Shown in pieces: positions 21,286-33,635 of a stretch of 64,000 nucleotides of DNA. The notes beneath the pieces were generated by a model that worked only from the letters and a program-made list of their open reading frames with translations, did not search any database and was not told the origin of the DNA. The stretch comes from an uncultured Bacteroidota bacterium (lineage in GTDB: Bacteria; Bacteroidota; Bacteroidia; Bacteroidales; GCA-2748055), in NCBI GenBank assembly GCA_963716765.1, contig CAVQUO010000022.1, positions 393,913-457,912 of the forward strand, in the 5' to 3' direction. Each line of letters starts with the position of its first letter. Position 1 is the first letter of the stretch. A program made the position numbers and the translations under genes.

Positions 21286-24200
21286 ACCTGATCAACATAT
21301 GGAATGTGGCCACCTATGAGAGCAAAACGCTTTTCAGAAGCTGGTTCTTCAGGATATTTGCCATCCTTGCCCTGTTGATTCTTTTTGGGACCAATATGGG
21401 CTTTTTCGGGGGACATTCCGATGCCAGGTGGACCTTCAGGGCCATTGCAGCCAACCTGCCCTATATCAATGTACTGTTTATCAATGTGGCACAGGCGGTC
21501 ATTGCAGTCTTCCTGGCATCCGATTTTCTGAAACGGGACAAAAAACTGGATACCACCGAGGTAATCTATGCCAGGCCCATCACCAATGGAGAGTATGTGG
21601 TGGGGAAAACCCTGGGCATCCTGGTGCTTTTTGTGGGACTGGTCCTGCTGGCTCTGGTCATGACCCTGGTTTTTAACCTGATACGCAAGGATATCCCGGT
21701 GGTGTGGGTGGCCTATCTTTATTACCCTCTGCTGATTACCATTCCCACCCTGGTTTTTATTCTGGGACTCTCCTTCTTTATGATGATCCTCTTCAAAAGC
21801 CAGGCAGTTACCTTCCTGGTGCTTGCTGGGCTACATCGGACTTACCCTCTTCTATTTTCAGGATAAGCTCTATGGCATGCTCGATTACATGGCATTTAAT
21901 CTGCCCATGGTCTAGTCCGATTTTATCGGTTTTGCCGATCCCAGGCTGATCCTGCTGCACAGGCTTGCCTACCTGCTGCTGGGCATCGGGTTTATCTTTG
22001 CCACCATACGCTTTCTGAACCGGCTGCCCCAGACCGGGCGATGGAACGGACTTAACCTGTTTGGTTTTATTGGTTTTATCGCTGGCCGGACTCTTCCTGG
22101 GATCACTGTATTATCAGTCACTACCAGGACCAGACAGCAATGACAGGGAGACATACCTGGAGCTGAATAATCTCTATGCAGGCTTACCCTGTGGCCGATG
22201 TGCTTTCCAATAAACTCAGTTGTGAGCCAGCATGGCAGCATCCCTGAATGTCATCTTCTGACCTGCAGATTCAGAATCAAAACACGGTTACAGCCTGGAT
22301 ACCCTGATCTTCTCACTGAATCCCGGGTTTTCCAGTGGACAGTATCACCAGCCGGAATGGAAAGAGTGGATTTTATCACGAAAGGAACAGCTTCTGATGG
22401 TTGTATCCTGCAGAGGCACTGAAGCCGGGAAGAAGAAGCAGTCTGAATATCTATTACTCAGGGGATTCCCGATGAGTCTGTGGCTTACCTGGATATCCCC
22501 CGGGAGCAGATGGATGCCATCAAACGAATCATGGTGGCTCCCATTGATAAAAAACCGGGGATCATTCATCCCGACTATATGTTGCTTACTCCGGAACTGA
22601 ACTGGTACCCGGTGGCAGGAGTGGGATTTAACCTGGAGACCTTTCAGCCACGGGAGCCAGATTTTGCCAGCTTCAGCCTGACTGTCAGAACCGATTCAGC
22701 CCTTACCGCCATTGCACCGGGAAGGTCAGACCGAGGATGAGGAGGGTATCCATTTTACTCCTGAACATGATCTGAATGCCTTTCCACTTGATCATTGCCC
22801 CCCTGGAGAAAAGAAGCATGGAGATCGATGGGGTGGAATACAATCTCTACCTGGATCCCGATCATGATTATTTCTCCAGACTATTTCACCAATATCCAGG
22901 ATACCATCAAGGCACTGATCACAGAAGCAAAGGATAATTATGAACTGGATGAACTGGATCTTTATTATTCCTTTAAACGGATCAACCTGGTGGAGGTGCC
23001 TATCCAGTATCATGCCTATGAAAGGCCATATAGTCAGACCGTAGAGAATATTCTTCCCGAAATGATCCTGATGCCTGAAAAAGGAGCAGGGATCAATACC
23101 CTGGATTTTGAACGTTATAAAAAGGCTGAAGAGAAACGCAGGATCGAGAACGAGGAAAACAGCAGAAGTCCACGGGAAATTGAGATCGACCAGTTCAAAC
23201 GTTTCCTGCAGAATACCTTCTTTCAGAAGTGGAATCCGGAGCAGGGGAGGAGGCTCCGGAGGCGGAGGCGGAGGAGAAGAACTGATTACTTTCCAGGGAG
23301 ATATCAACTACAACAAGAATCCCTACTGTGTGTTCCCCCTGTACTACAGCTATGTTACCGGAATCAGTTCCAGGGATTACCCGGTATTCAACTCCATGCT
23401 GGAAATTTACCTGAAGGAGGGTTTTGATGTCTCACCCAGGGAAGGATTTACAGGGGGGATTACCGATAAGGAACGGGCCAATCTCCTGCCTGAGCAGGAA
23501 GCAGTATGATTGAGCTCTTTGCCCGCTGGGATACCGAACTTACCTCTTCACTGATCAACCAGACCGGCAGTTTTATTATCTCTGCCTTGAAAAACAGGGT
23601 GGGGATGAGTGAATTTGATAATTTCTTCTATTACTACCTGGAGGATCATGCCTTTTCGGAAATTACCTTTGAACAGTTCTCCAGGGATTTTTACAAGGAG
23701 TTCGGGGTGGAGATTGCTCCCTACCTGGAGGTAATCAATGCCGGAGGGGAAATGCCCACCTTCCTTATATCTGAACCCGAATATCTGCAGACCCGGGATG
23801 ATATTGGCGATGTCTACCTGGTCAAATTCAGAATCAGCAATGTGGGAAATGCCACTGGACTGGTGGATTTCAATTTCCGGATCATGGGACAGGGCGGTTT
23901 TGGCGGCGGTGGTGGAATGAGCGAGGAAAAACGGCTCTATGAAGTGGATGCCAGGCGAAACCAGGGAGGTACAGGTGGTGCTTTATGACCGACCCATGAT
24001 GATGACTATAAATACGCTGATATCGGGAAATATACCTTCCAGCTTACAACAATTTCCTTCGCTCAGCCACGGAAGTTACCACAAGCCAACCTGGAGGAGT
24101 ATGAACGTGAGTTCAGAGCAGCCGGTCAGTTTTACATATTCAAAGATGAATATGTGGTGGACAATGAAGATGAAGGATTTTCCAGCTTTTCCATCTCCCG

Positions 24201-24751
24201 GGAGAGCAAATTAAAGCAATATATGGATTCCACGAAAGAAGAAGGACGAGGGACTGCTTTATCGAGAGCCTGAATGAATGGTGGACCCCTTCACGATGGA
24301 CCCCGGTGGCACATTCTGCCTATTACGGGGAGACAGTACGATCGGCCATGGCCATCCGAAGGGGAGATGGGACCAACTATGTGACCTGGAGCACCTTACT
24401 TCCCGAAAAAGGATTCTATGATGTTTATGTATATATCCCGGTGTCGGCCATGTATAAGCGTCCTTCCCGCAGGGAGCAGGGGAGTGACAGGGAGGACAGG
24501 GTGGCCAGGGCCAGGGCCAGGAGAGGCGGATTCGGACCAGAGTTTGCGGATAAGGGAACCGATTACCACTATACCATCTCCTCCAGTGAAGGAAGTGAGA
24601 GAGCTGGTTTTTGAATTGAATAATCCGGAAGATGGATGGAACCGTCTGGGTTCCTTTCATTTTCCGGCCGATTCGGTAACCATCCGACTGACCAATCAGA
24701 CCGATGGCCGGCGGGTTATTGCCGATGCAGTCAAATGGGTTAAAAAAGTAG
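21282..24751 (+). CDS. about 1150-aa ABC-2-type permease fused to a very large extracytoplasmic region (possibly M1-peptidase-like, no HExxH seen) with Gly-rich linkers and a golvesin-C-like terminal domain; 12 or more frame changes
   Basis: ATGA overlap with the ATPase. The N-terminal 250 aa is polytopic (ORF 21282..21866). It continues colinearly through 22480..22740, 22795..23427, 23108..23509, 23506..23988, 23939..24214 and 24306..24614, ending ...GWNRLGSFHFPADSVTIRLTNQTDGRRVIADAVKWVKK. Confidence 0.6.
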
Positions 24752-26309
24752 ATGAAGTTAAAATGTTAGAAGTTATGAGGATGACAACTGGTAAATATGA
24801 TGAAGGTAATGAGCGTATTGCTGGCATGGTGATGCTCTGGTGTCCGGATCTGTGGGAACAGCACTTCAGGGCACAGGCCCTGCTCACCATCGACCGATCC
24901 ATGGAAATTGCTGTGGAAAACAGTCCGGATATGAAACAGACCGAGCTCTCCCTGGTACGCAGCCAGGAGAGGCTCAATGCCCAGCGGGCCAGGCTGAAAT
25001 CACAGTTTTCCATTACCCTGGATCCTTTTGAATATGAAAAGACCAACCGCTTTGACCAGCAGACCAGTGAGTGGTATCTGAATGAATCGGCCTCATCAGG
25101 GGGAACCTTTGCCATCAACCAGCGGATCCTGCCCACCGATGGTGAACTGATGCTGGTGAACCGCTTTTCCTATGACTACAGCTTTACCGAATCGGCATTT
25201 GCATCGGATCCCCTTTCAAAAACCTTTAACAACCGCCTCTATCTGCAGTTTACCCAGCCCATCTTTACCTATAACAGAACCAGGATGGAGACCGAGAAGC
25301 TGGAGCTGGATTATGAAGCCTCCCTGATCAGTTACCTGCTGATGCAGCTTACCCTGGAGCGAAATGTGGCCCAGGAATTCTATGCCGTTTACTCCAACCA
25401 GATGAGCCTGGAGATTGCCCGGGAGGATCTGAAAAACAACGAGGAGAGTTACGAAATTATTAAAAATAAGGTGGAAGGGGGCCTGCTGGCCCTGGAAGAA
25501 CTTTACCAGGCTGAGGTAAACCTGGCCACCAGCCGTTCCGGAGTATTTAATGCCGAGCTGACCCTGGCCAACAGCATGGACCAGTTCAAGGTGCTTATCG
25601 GGCTTCCCCTGGATACCACCATTCTGATTGCAGCAGAAATTATGGCCGATACCGTACCTGTGAACCAGGAACTGGCCATTAGCCATGCCCTGGAGAACAG
25701 GATGGAACTAAGGGAAAGGGAGATTGATATGGAGAATGCCAATTTTGACCTGATCGTGGCCAAATCGACCAATGAATTTGCCGGTTCCAGTCACGGCTTC
25801 CTTCGGGGTACAGGGAAATAATGAACAATTTTCAGAACTGTTTGAAACACCCACCAACACCCCTGCCATTGGTCTTACATTTAATATTCCGCTGTTTGAC
25901 TGGGGGGAGCGGAAATCGGAGATCAAGGCAGCCGAAGCAAGTCTGCAAGAGCACCCAGATCAGCTATGAGGTGGAGCAAACCGATATCGTGATGAATATC
26001 CGTTCGGTGGTGCGGAGCCTGAAAAACCTGGAGAACCAGATTGAGATTCAGCGAAAAACCGTTGAAAATGCTGAACTGGCCTATGACATCAACCTGGAAC
26101 GGTATCGAAATGGCGATCTTACCAGCCTGGATCTGGGCATGTACCAGAACCAGCTTTCCGAATCGAAAATGTCGCTGACCAATGCCATTATCGATTATAA
26201 AATTGAGTTGCTTAACCTGAAAATCCAGACCCTGTATGATTTTGAAAAACAGATTCCCATCATTCCCGAAGAGCTCGATAAGCTACTGAAAATGAAAACA
26301 AATAGATAA
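24752..26309 (+). CDS. TolC-family outer membrane efflux protein; about 4 frame changes; start 24752 or 24797
   Basis: LLTIDRSMEIAVENSPDMKQTELSL..., two OEP repeats, ...LNLERYRNGDLTSLDLGMYQNQLSESKMSLTNAIIDYKIELLNL. Confidence 0.85.
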
Positions 26310-26319
26310 TCCAGAACCC

Positions 26320-27394
26320 ATGAAAACAATCCGAATTACCCTATGGTCCCTGATGATACCTGGCATTCTGCTGGTACTCATCCTGTAAACAGCCCGATAT
26401 GGAGGTAAGTACCACCATGGAAGTGCCTGTTGGAGTAATCGAAGTAACCACCTCTTCCATAGAAGAGTTTGTGAGCACCACCGGAACGGTTTACCCTCTA
26501 AAGGAGGTAACCCTTAGTCTCGGAGATTACCGGGGATATACCGGCTTCAGATCAATCCGGCCACCGGTAAACCATATGCCCTGGGTGATCGTGTAAAAGC
26601 CGGGGCAATCCTCATCAAACTGGAGGATGAGGAGTATGTGAACGATCTGAGGATCAAATCTAAAGAGGTGGATCTGGAAATCTCTAAACTGGAATATGAA
26701 AAACAGCAGGCGCTCTATGAGAAGGGAGGAGCCACCCTCAGGGATCTGAAAAATGCAGAGATTACCCTGATCAATACCGAGTATGACATGGAGAGCAGCC
26801 GGATCAACCTGGCCAAGATGTCTCTGAAGGCACCCTTTTCCGGGGTGATTTCCGAACTTCCCTATTTCACCGAGGGAACACGGGTAGCCTGCAAATACTG
26901 AGATGGTAACGGTCATCGATTATGATAAGCTTTACATGGAGGCCAATCTTCCGGAAAAATACTTCAGGAATATCGAGCAGGGGATATCAAGGTTTATGTG
27001 ACCAGTTATACCAGTACGGCCGATACGCTGCTGGGCACCATCACCCAGATTTCGCCCTCCATCGATCCCGAGGCACGAACCTTCTAAGTGTTTCGTGGAG
27101 GTGGAGAACAGGGATCAGGAATCCTGCTTCCGGGCATGTTTGTGAAAGCCGACCTGGTGGTCAATAGTGCTGAAGAGGTTATTGTGATCCCCAAGGATAT
27201 TATCATGAGCCGGAACCGGAACCAGATTGTTTACGTGGTGGAGCAGGGGGTCGCCAGTGAACGGATCATCACCACCGGGCTTGCAGAATGCAAACAGTGT
27301 GGAGGTAAAGATGGGACTACTAAAAGGGGAGAGTATTGTCAATTCAGGATTTGAAACCCTGCGGGACCAATCCAGGGTCAGGATACTCAGATAG
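26320..27394 (+). CDS. efflux RND periplasmic adaptor (MFP/HlyD family); about 6 frame changes
   Basis: TM anchor MKTIRITLWSLMIPGILLVL, coiled-coil hairpin (ORF 26638..26901), SLKAPFSGVISE lipoyl-like motif, C-terminal barrel fragments. Confidence 0.8.
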
Positions 27395-27412
27395 AACAGC
27401 AAGCAAAGAGCC

Positions 27413-30400
27413 ATGTTAAAAGCCATCACCAGATTTTCGGTCAGTTACCCGGTTTCGGTGAGCATGATCATCATTGCCACCCTCTTGCTGGGATTTATCT
27501 CCTTCGACAAGCTGGGTATCGACCTCTTTCCCAACCTTCACAGTCCGAGGCTCTATATCGAACTGGTGGCCGGTGAACGTCCGCCGGAGGAGATGGAGGA
27601 GAAAGTTTGTGGATGGGGTCGAATCACTGGCCATCAGGCAGAGTGGAGTGGTCAATGTTTCTTCCACTTCCAGGGTGGGAGTGGCGCTGGTGGAAGTGGA
27701 ATACACCTGGGAAAAGGATATGAATGAGGCCTTTCTGGACCTGTCCAAGGCCTTTCCACCTTTAACCAGGACGATGAGCTGGAGGAGATCAATATCACCC
27801 AGTACGATCCCAATTCAAGTCCTGTGATGCTGGTGGCCTTTCAGCATGCGGAAACCAACGATCTGAACGAATTGAGGAAGACTGCTGAGAATTATGTGAG
27901 AAATGAACTGATCCGCCTGGAAGGGATAGCCGATGTGGAAGTTGATGGAGCAGAAGAGCTTGAAGTACTGGTAGAAACAAATGATTACCTGCTTAATTCC
28001 TATAACCTGGATATCTCCACGCTTACCAGCAAGATTGAAAGCTACAACCAGAATATTTCAGGTGGATCCATCGTGGAAATGGGGAAGCGCTATATTGTGC
28101 GGGGAATCAGTGAACTGGAGCAGGTACGAGGACCTGGAGGAGATCATCGTAAAGATGGATGAGCCACGTGAAGAATCGGACAGGGAAACGGGTTCCTGTA
28201 CTGCTGAAGGATGTGGCCACGGTCAGCTGCAGCCTGAAGGAACAGGAAAATGCGGTCATGCTGAATGGTGAGGCCTGTGTGGGACTGAGCATCTACAAGG
28301 AGATGCGCTACAATACGGTCAAAGCGGTGGAAGATCTGAAAGAGGCCACTGGAGGATATGCAGAAGGCACTTCCCGGATTCACCTTTACCATTGTGGAGG
28401 ACCAGGGGAACTACATCTCATCGGCCATCGGTGAGGTGAGCGACAGCCTGATCGGCGGAATCCTGCTGGCAGTTTTTGTGCTTTTTCTCTTTCTGCGGAG
28501 GATTGGCCCCACCGCCATTGTCAGTGTCGCCATCCCGGTCTCCATCATTGCCACCTTTGTACTGATGTATTTTGCGGGTCTTACCCTGAATATCATGACC
28601 CTGGGTGGACTGGCCCTGGGGGCCGGAATGCTGGTGGACAATGCCATTGTGGTACTGGAGAATATTTTCCGGCATCATGAACAGGGAGACAATGCCGGTG
28701 AAGCAGCGGTCAACGGAACCTCCCAGGTGGGAGGCGCCATTATCGCCTCGACCCTGACCACCATTGTGGTCTTTATCCCCATCGTATACCTGCGGGGTGC
28801 ATCCGGTGAACTATTTAAGGAACAGGCTTTTACGGTGGCCTTTTCACTGCTGGCCTCGCTGGTTGTGGCCATCCTGATTATTCCCATGCTCTATTCCAGG
28901 ATTTACCGGAAAAAGTCACCTTTTACCGGAAACAGGCGCGAATCGGTACAGTTTAACTGGTTATGGCCGCTTTCTGGATAAAATACTGAATTACCGGGTC
29001 TGGGTGCTTCTGGCTGCACTGCTTCTGATGGTGAGGTGGCTGGTTTATGCTGCAGACAGACGGGCAGTGAATTTATGCCCAGGGCAGAAAGCCGGGAATT
29101 CTATGTGGACCTGCAGATGCCCGAGGGAACCCAGCTGGAACGAACCACCGGGGCTGTGTCACAGCCTGGAAGAATATCATCCGGGAAATCGCCGGGGAGG
29201 ACCTGGAACTGATCTACAGCGAAATCGGTCCCACTTCGGGCATCTCGTCCGGAGGGGGATAAACTCTTTGATGACCAGAACATGGCCACCATCAAGGTGA
29301 AAATGAAAGCAGACAGCAGACTTTCTACCAATAGTCTGATTGCTGTACTCACCGAGCATTTCAAGGATAATCCCAATTTCACGGCACTCTTCCGGCAGGA
29401 GGAGAGTGCACTTTCGACCATCCTGGGAACCGATGCATGCTCCCCTGGTGGTGGAGCTGATCGGGGAGGAGATGGAGGAACTGGAAGAACTCACCGAGAT
29501 TGGTCATGGCCAGACTGGAAGAAATCCCTGGCATCCGCAATATCACCTCATCCATTGAGGGAGGAGCCCCTGAAGTGGAGATTGTGATTGACCGCTACCG
29601 GGCCGGACTGATGAATGTGGATGTAAACACGCTTGATCAGCACGGGTAAGTGAAAAACTGCAGGGCTCAGATGCCGGACAGATGAACCTGAAGGGTGATC
29701 TGACCGATATTACGGTAAAACTGAACGACATCACCCTGCAGGAGCTGGAGATGCTTACCGTGGAGGTGAACAATACGGAGATCCTGCTCAGAGAGGTGGC
29801 CGATATCAGGATGGGAAACTCACCCCGGGAGATTCTGCATAACAATCAGAACCGGATTGTGGAAATCACGGCCGATCTGGATAAGGATCTTCCACTGGAC
29901 CAGGTGGCAACAGCCATTGATCAAAAGCTGGATGGAGTGGAGTTTCCCCCCAAATACAGTTATAAGATTACCGGTGAGGAGGCCATGAGAAAGGAGTCCA
30001 TGGGAAGCCTGGGTTTTGCCTTGCTTCTCTCCCTGATCCTGGTTTACATGGTCATGGCTGCCCAGTTTGAAAGCCTGGTGCATCCCTTTACCATCCTGCT
30101 GCCCGTACCCCTGGCAGTGGTGGGGGCCGTAGCTGTCTTCTATCTTCCAGGGCAAGGCTCTTGAATATCATGGCCCTTATCGGGATCATCCTGCTGGTGG
30201 GGATTGCGGTAAACGACTCCATCATCCTGGTGGATGCCATCAACCAGTTCCGGAAGGAGGGGATGAAACTGAGGGAGGCCATTGTTTCTGGCCGGACAGC
30301 GGCGGATCAGGCCCATTATCATGACCTCCCTGACCACCATCCTGGCCCTTTTCCCGCTTACACTGGGATTCGGGGAGAGTGCATCTCTGCGTTCGCCCAT

Positions 30401-30504
30401 GGCCTGGGCGGTTATCGGGGGACTGATCACTTCCACCATGCTGACCCTGGTGGTGATTCCCTGTATCTACATGGTATTTGGACAACTGGGAAAAATACAG
30501 ATAA
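27413..30504 (+). CDS. efflux RND permease (AcrB/CzcA superfamily) 1; 10 or more frame changes
   Basis: [27 protein letters not shown]..., [63 protein letters not shown]. Confidence 0.9.
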
Positions 30505-30515
30505 AGAGGAGGTCC

Positions 30516-33500
30516 ATGCTGGTGAATAAACACTTCCTCATACAGCGAAAGGTCCTGATTTCCATGCTGTTTATTGCAGCAACCCTGCTGGGCTATATCT
30601 CCTGGAAACAGTTGAAGATGGAGATATTTCCCCAATGCGGAGTTGCCCATGCTTTACATCCAGGTAAACTCCAGGATCGAAGTCACCCCGGAGTACATGG
30701 AGCAGGAGGCCATTATCCCGGTGGAGAGTATGATTGCCGGACTGGAGAATATCGAAGAGATCGCAGTCCAATGCAGGACAGGCGCATGGGATCCATCCTG
30801 ATCTCCTACGAGGAACGAACCGACCTGAAATATGCCTATCTGAAACTGGATGAACAGGTAGCATCCATCCGGGGCGATCTGCCGGATGAATTTCAGCTCT
30901 CAGGTGGTTAAAATCGACCTGGATGATGCGAATAACACCCTGATGAGCTTGCAGGCACAGGGGATCGGGAGGAGTGGACCGGGTACGGAATTATGTGGAT
31001 CAGCATATTGTCAATGAGCTGGAAAATATTGAAGGTGTAGCTGCTGTGAATGTTTTTGGCGGAAGGCAGAAATCGGTGGATATCATCCTGGACAGGGCTG
31101 CCTGTGAAGCCTACAATATTGCTCCCTCCAGGGTAAGGAACATCCTTGCCTCCAACATGAACCTGCGCCAGTATGGTGGTGTGGTCAAGGAGCAGGGACA
31201 GCGCTTCTTTGTCTACCTGAATGCCGAATATGACAACATCTCCCAGATCGAGGAACTGATCATCGGAAGAGGAAACAACCCGGTGAGGCTGAAGGATATT
31301 GCTGAGGTTTACTACGGTGAGAAGGAGGAAGAGACCATCAGCCGGGTCAATGGGAAGGATGCGGTCTCCCTGGAAGTGATCAATGATGCCCAGGCCAATA
31401 TCATTGAACTCTCCCATAAGGTGGAGGATCAGCTTGAGATGCTGAACCAGGGAGGGTAGCCCCTTCGATATTGAGGTGATTGTCCAGGAAAACAGTGCCG
31501 AAGATGATGGAGGATAATATCAACCAGATCATCCGGCTGGCACTGACCGGTGCCCTGCTGGCCATCTTTGTATTGTGGGTCTTCCTTCGCAATGTGAGAC
31601 TGGTGCTGCTGGTGGCCCTGGCCATGCCCATCTCCATCTTCACCGCCTTTAATTTCTTTTTTGCCTTTGATATATCCATTAACAGCCTGACTCTGATAGG
31701 GATTGCGCTGGCAGTGGGGATGTTGCTGGATACCTCTGTGGTGGTGCTTGAAAATATATACCGGCTCAGAAGCCTGGGAGTAAAGCCGGCAGAATCGGTG
31801 ATCCAGGGAACAGGGGAGGTCTGGCGTTCCATTGTAGCAGCCACAGGAACCACCATCGCTGTATTTATCCCCTTTATATTTTCTTCCGATTTCCTGGTTA
31901 AGCTGCTGGCCAGGCATATCGGGGTATCCATTATCTCCACCCTGGCCGTTTCCCTGTTGGTCTCTCTGCTGCTGATCCCCATGGCGGTTCATGTGATCCT
32001 GACCCGACAGAAAGAGGGAAACAAGGAGGTATACCAGGAAGTATCCCTGGATAACCGGCTGGTACGCATCTACCTGTCCCTGCTTGAAAACAGCCCTCAG
32101 AAATCCTGCTCCCACCATTATGGGGGTTCTGATCCTTTTCTTTGGGACCATCCTTACCACCCTTTCTGTTTCGGTAAATAAACTTAATGAACTGGAAACC
32201 AATCAGATTACCCTCTATGTGACCATGCCCACCGGTACAACCCTGGAGGCCACCGATGCACTGGTGGCAGGCATGGAAGAGGCCCTGATGAAGATTGAGG
32301 AGCATAAGGAGGTAATTTCCAGGATTGAAGAGGAGGAAGCCACGGTGACCATTCTGCTGCAGGATGATTACCGGAAAATCAATAATCGCTCCTTCGGACA
32401 GATCCAGTCAGAAGCCTATGAGATGGTGAAGGATCTGCCGGCATCGGATATCAGTCTGACTGCCTCTTCGGGATCCGGAAATATGCGGGGAGGAAGTGGA
32501 GGTGGAGACACAGGCAGGGGATGCAGGTTTCGAGCAATTGCTGGGAATCGGAGAGGATGAAGAATATATTGTACTGAAGGGACAGGATTTTAATCTGCTG
32601 GTGGAGGTGGGAGAGGATCTGCAATCCTACCTGGATGAACTGGATAACATCAGCTCGGCCAGGCTTTCGGTACGGGAAAACCAGCCCGAGGTCCACCTGG
32701 ACTTTAACTCCCTGACTCATGAACCGGTACGACATCAGCCGGAACCGAGGTAATGGGCGAACTGAGCAGCTTTTACCAGCGAAATCAGTTCGGGGGTCAA
32801 TTTCAGCCAGGATAATGAGGAGTATGAGATCATCATCAAGTACAATGATGCCGCTGGAGGAGGAGGATGAGGATAAAAGAATGGAGGATCTGCGAGGCCC
32901 TGCATATTCCCGATAGTGAGGATGAGAACCTTTTCGAACTCCAGGAGATCTCGGAAATCTATTATGCCACAGGTTTGCGGGATATTTCCCGGGTAAACCA
33001 GGAAAAGCAGGTGGAACTTCGGTACCAGTATAACGAGGATGTTTATGACTCCAATGACCTGCTGGACTATGCCAGAAGTGAAATTGAGGATCTGATTCAG
33101 AATGCCAATATCCCCTCCGGAGTGGCCGTGGAACTGGTACAGGAGGATTCCGGACTGGATGAGTTCAAATACATGTTCCTGATCGCCATGATGCTGGTAT
33201 ACATGATCCTGGCAGCCATATTTGAGTCCTTTGTCACCCCCTTTGTGCTGCTCTTCTCCATCCCCCTGGCTGCCATCGGTTCCTTTTTTCTGCTGACTGT
33301 TACCGGCGAATCGCTTTTCAATGCCAATACCATCATGGGATTCCTGATCCTGCTGGGGGTGGTGGTCAACAACGGGATCATCCTGATCGATTTTATCAAT
33401 GTGCTGCGAAAGAAGAGGATACCGGAAAACCAGGGCCATCCTTGTGGCCGGACTTTCCAGGGTTCGCCCCATCCTGATTACTGCAGTTACCACCTGTGCA

Positions 33501-33631
33501 GCCATGATTCCCCTGGCCCTGGGAAATGCAGAATATGTGGAAGCCATCGGACCACCCTTTGCCATCACGGTGATCGGTGGACTGAGCCTGAGTACCTTGC
33601 TGACCCTGGTTTATATTCCCATGCTTTATAA
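30516..33631 (+). CDS. efflux RND permease 2; 10 or more frame changes
   Basis: [26 protein letters not shown]..., [63 protein letters not shown]. Confidence 0.85.
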
Positions 33632-33635
33632 CGGA

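Noticed and set aside
22795-23427. ORF encoding a poly-arginine run (RRLRRRRRRRR)
   Set aside because: This is an out-of-frame reading of a GGA/GGC-rich stretch (about 23246-23283). In the frame colinear with the flanking homology, the stretch encodes a Gly-rich linker (GGGSGGGGGG) of the giant permease.
30282-30911. Continuous ORFs that appear to fuse RND1 to RND2 (30282..30911), RND2 to the ABC ATPase (33399..33779 and onward), and the giant permease to TolC (24418..25821)
   Set aside because: Each junction sits next to a homopolymer. A one-base correction there exposes a stop codon, a 0-11-nt spacer and an ATG that opens a typical N-terminus ([16 protein letters not shown]..., ABC MEQALEW...). 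Given the indel load of the window, separate adjacent genes are far more likely than megafusions. Only a polished sequence can settle it.
31429-33568. Long minus-strand ORFs inside the RND genes (31429..32202, 31401..31982, 32735..33568, also 20372..21049 opposite ABC1)
   Set aside because: They run antisense to unambiguous RND/ABC coding sequence and have low-complexity G/Q/H/P-rich translations. These are shadow ORFs favoured by the higher GC of this block.
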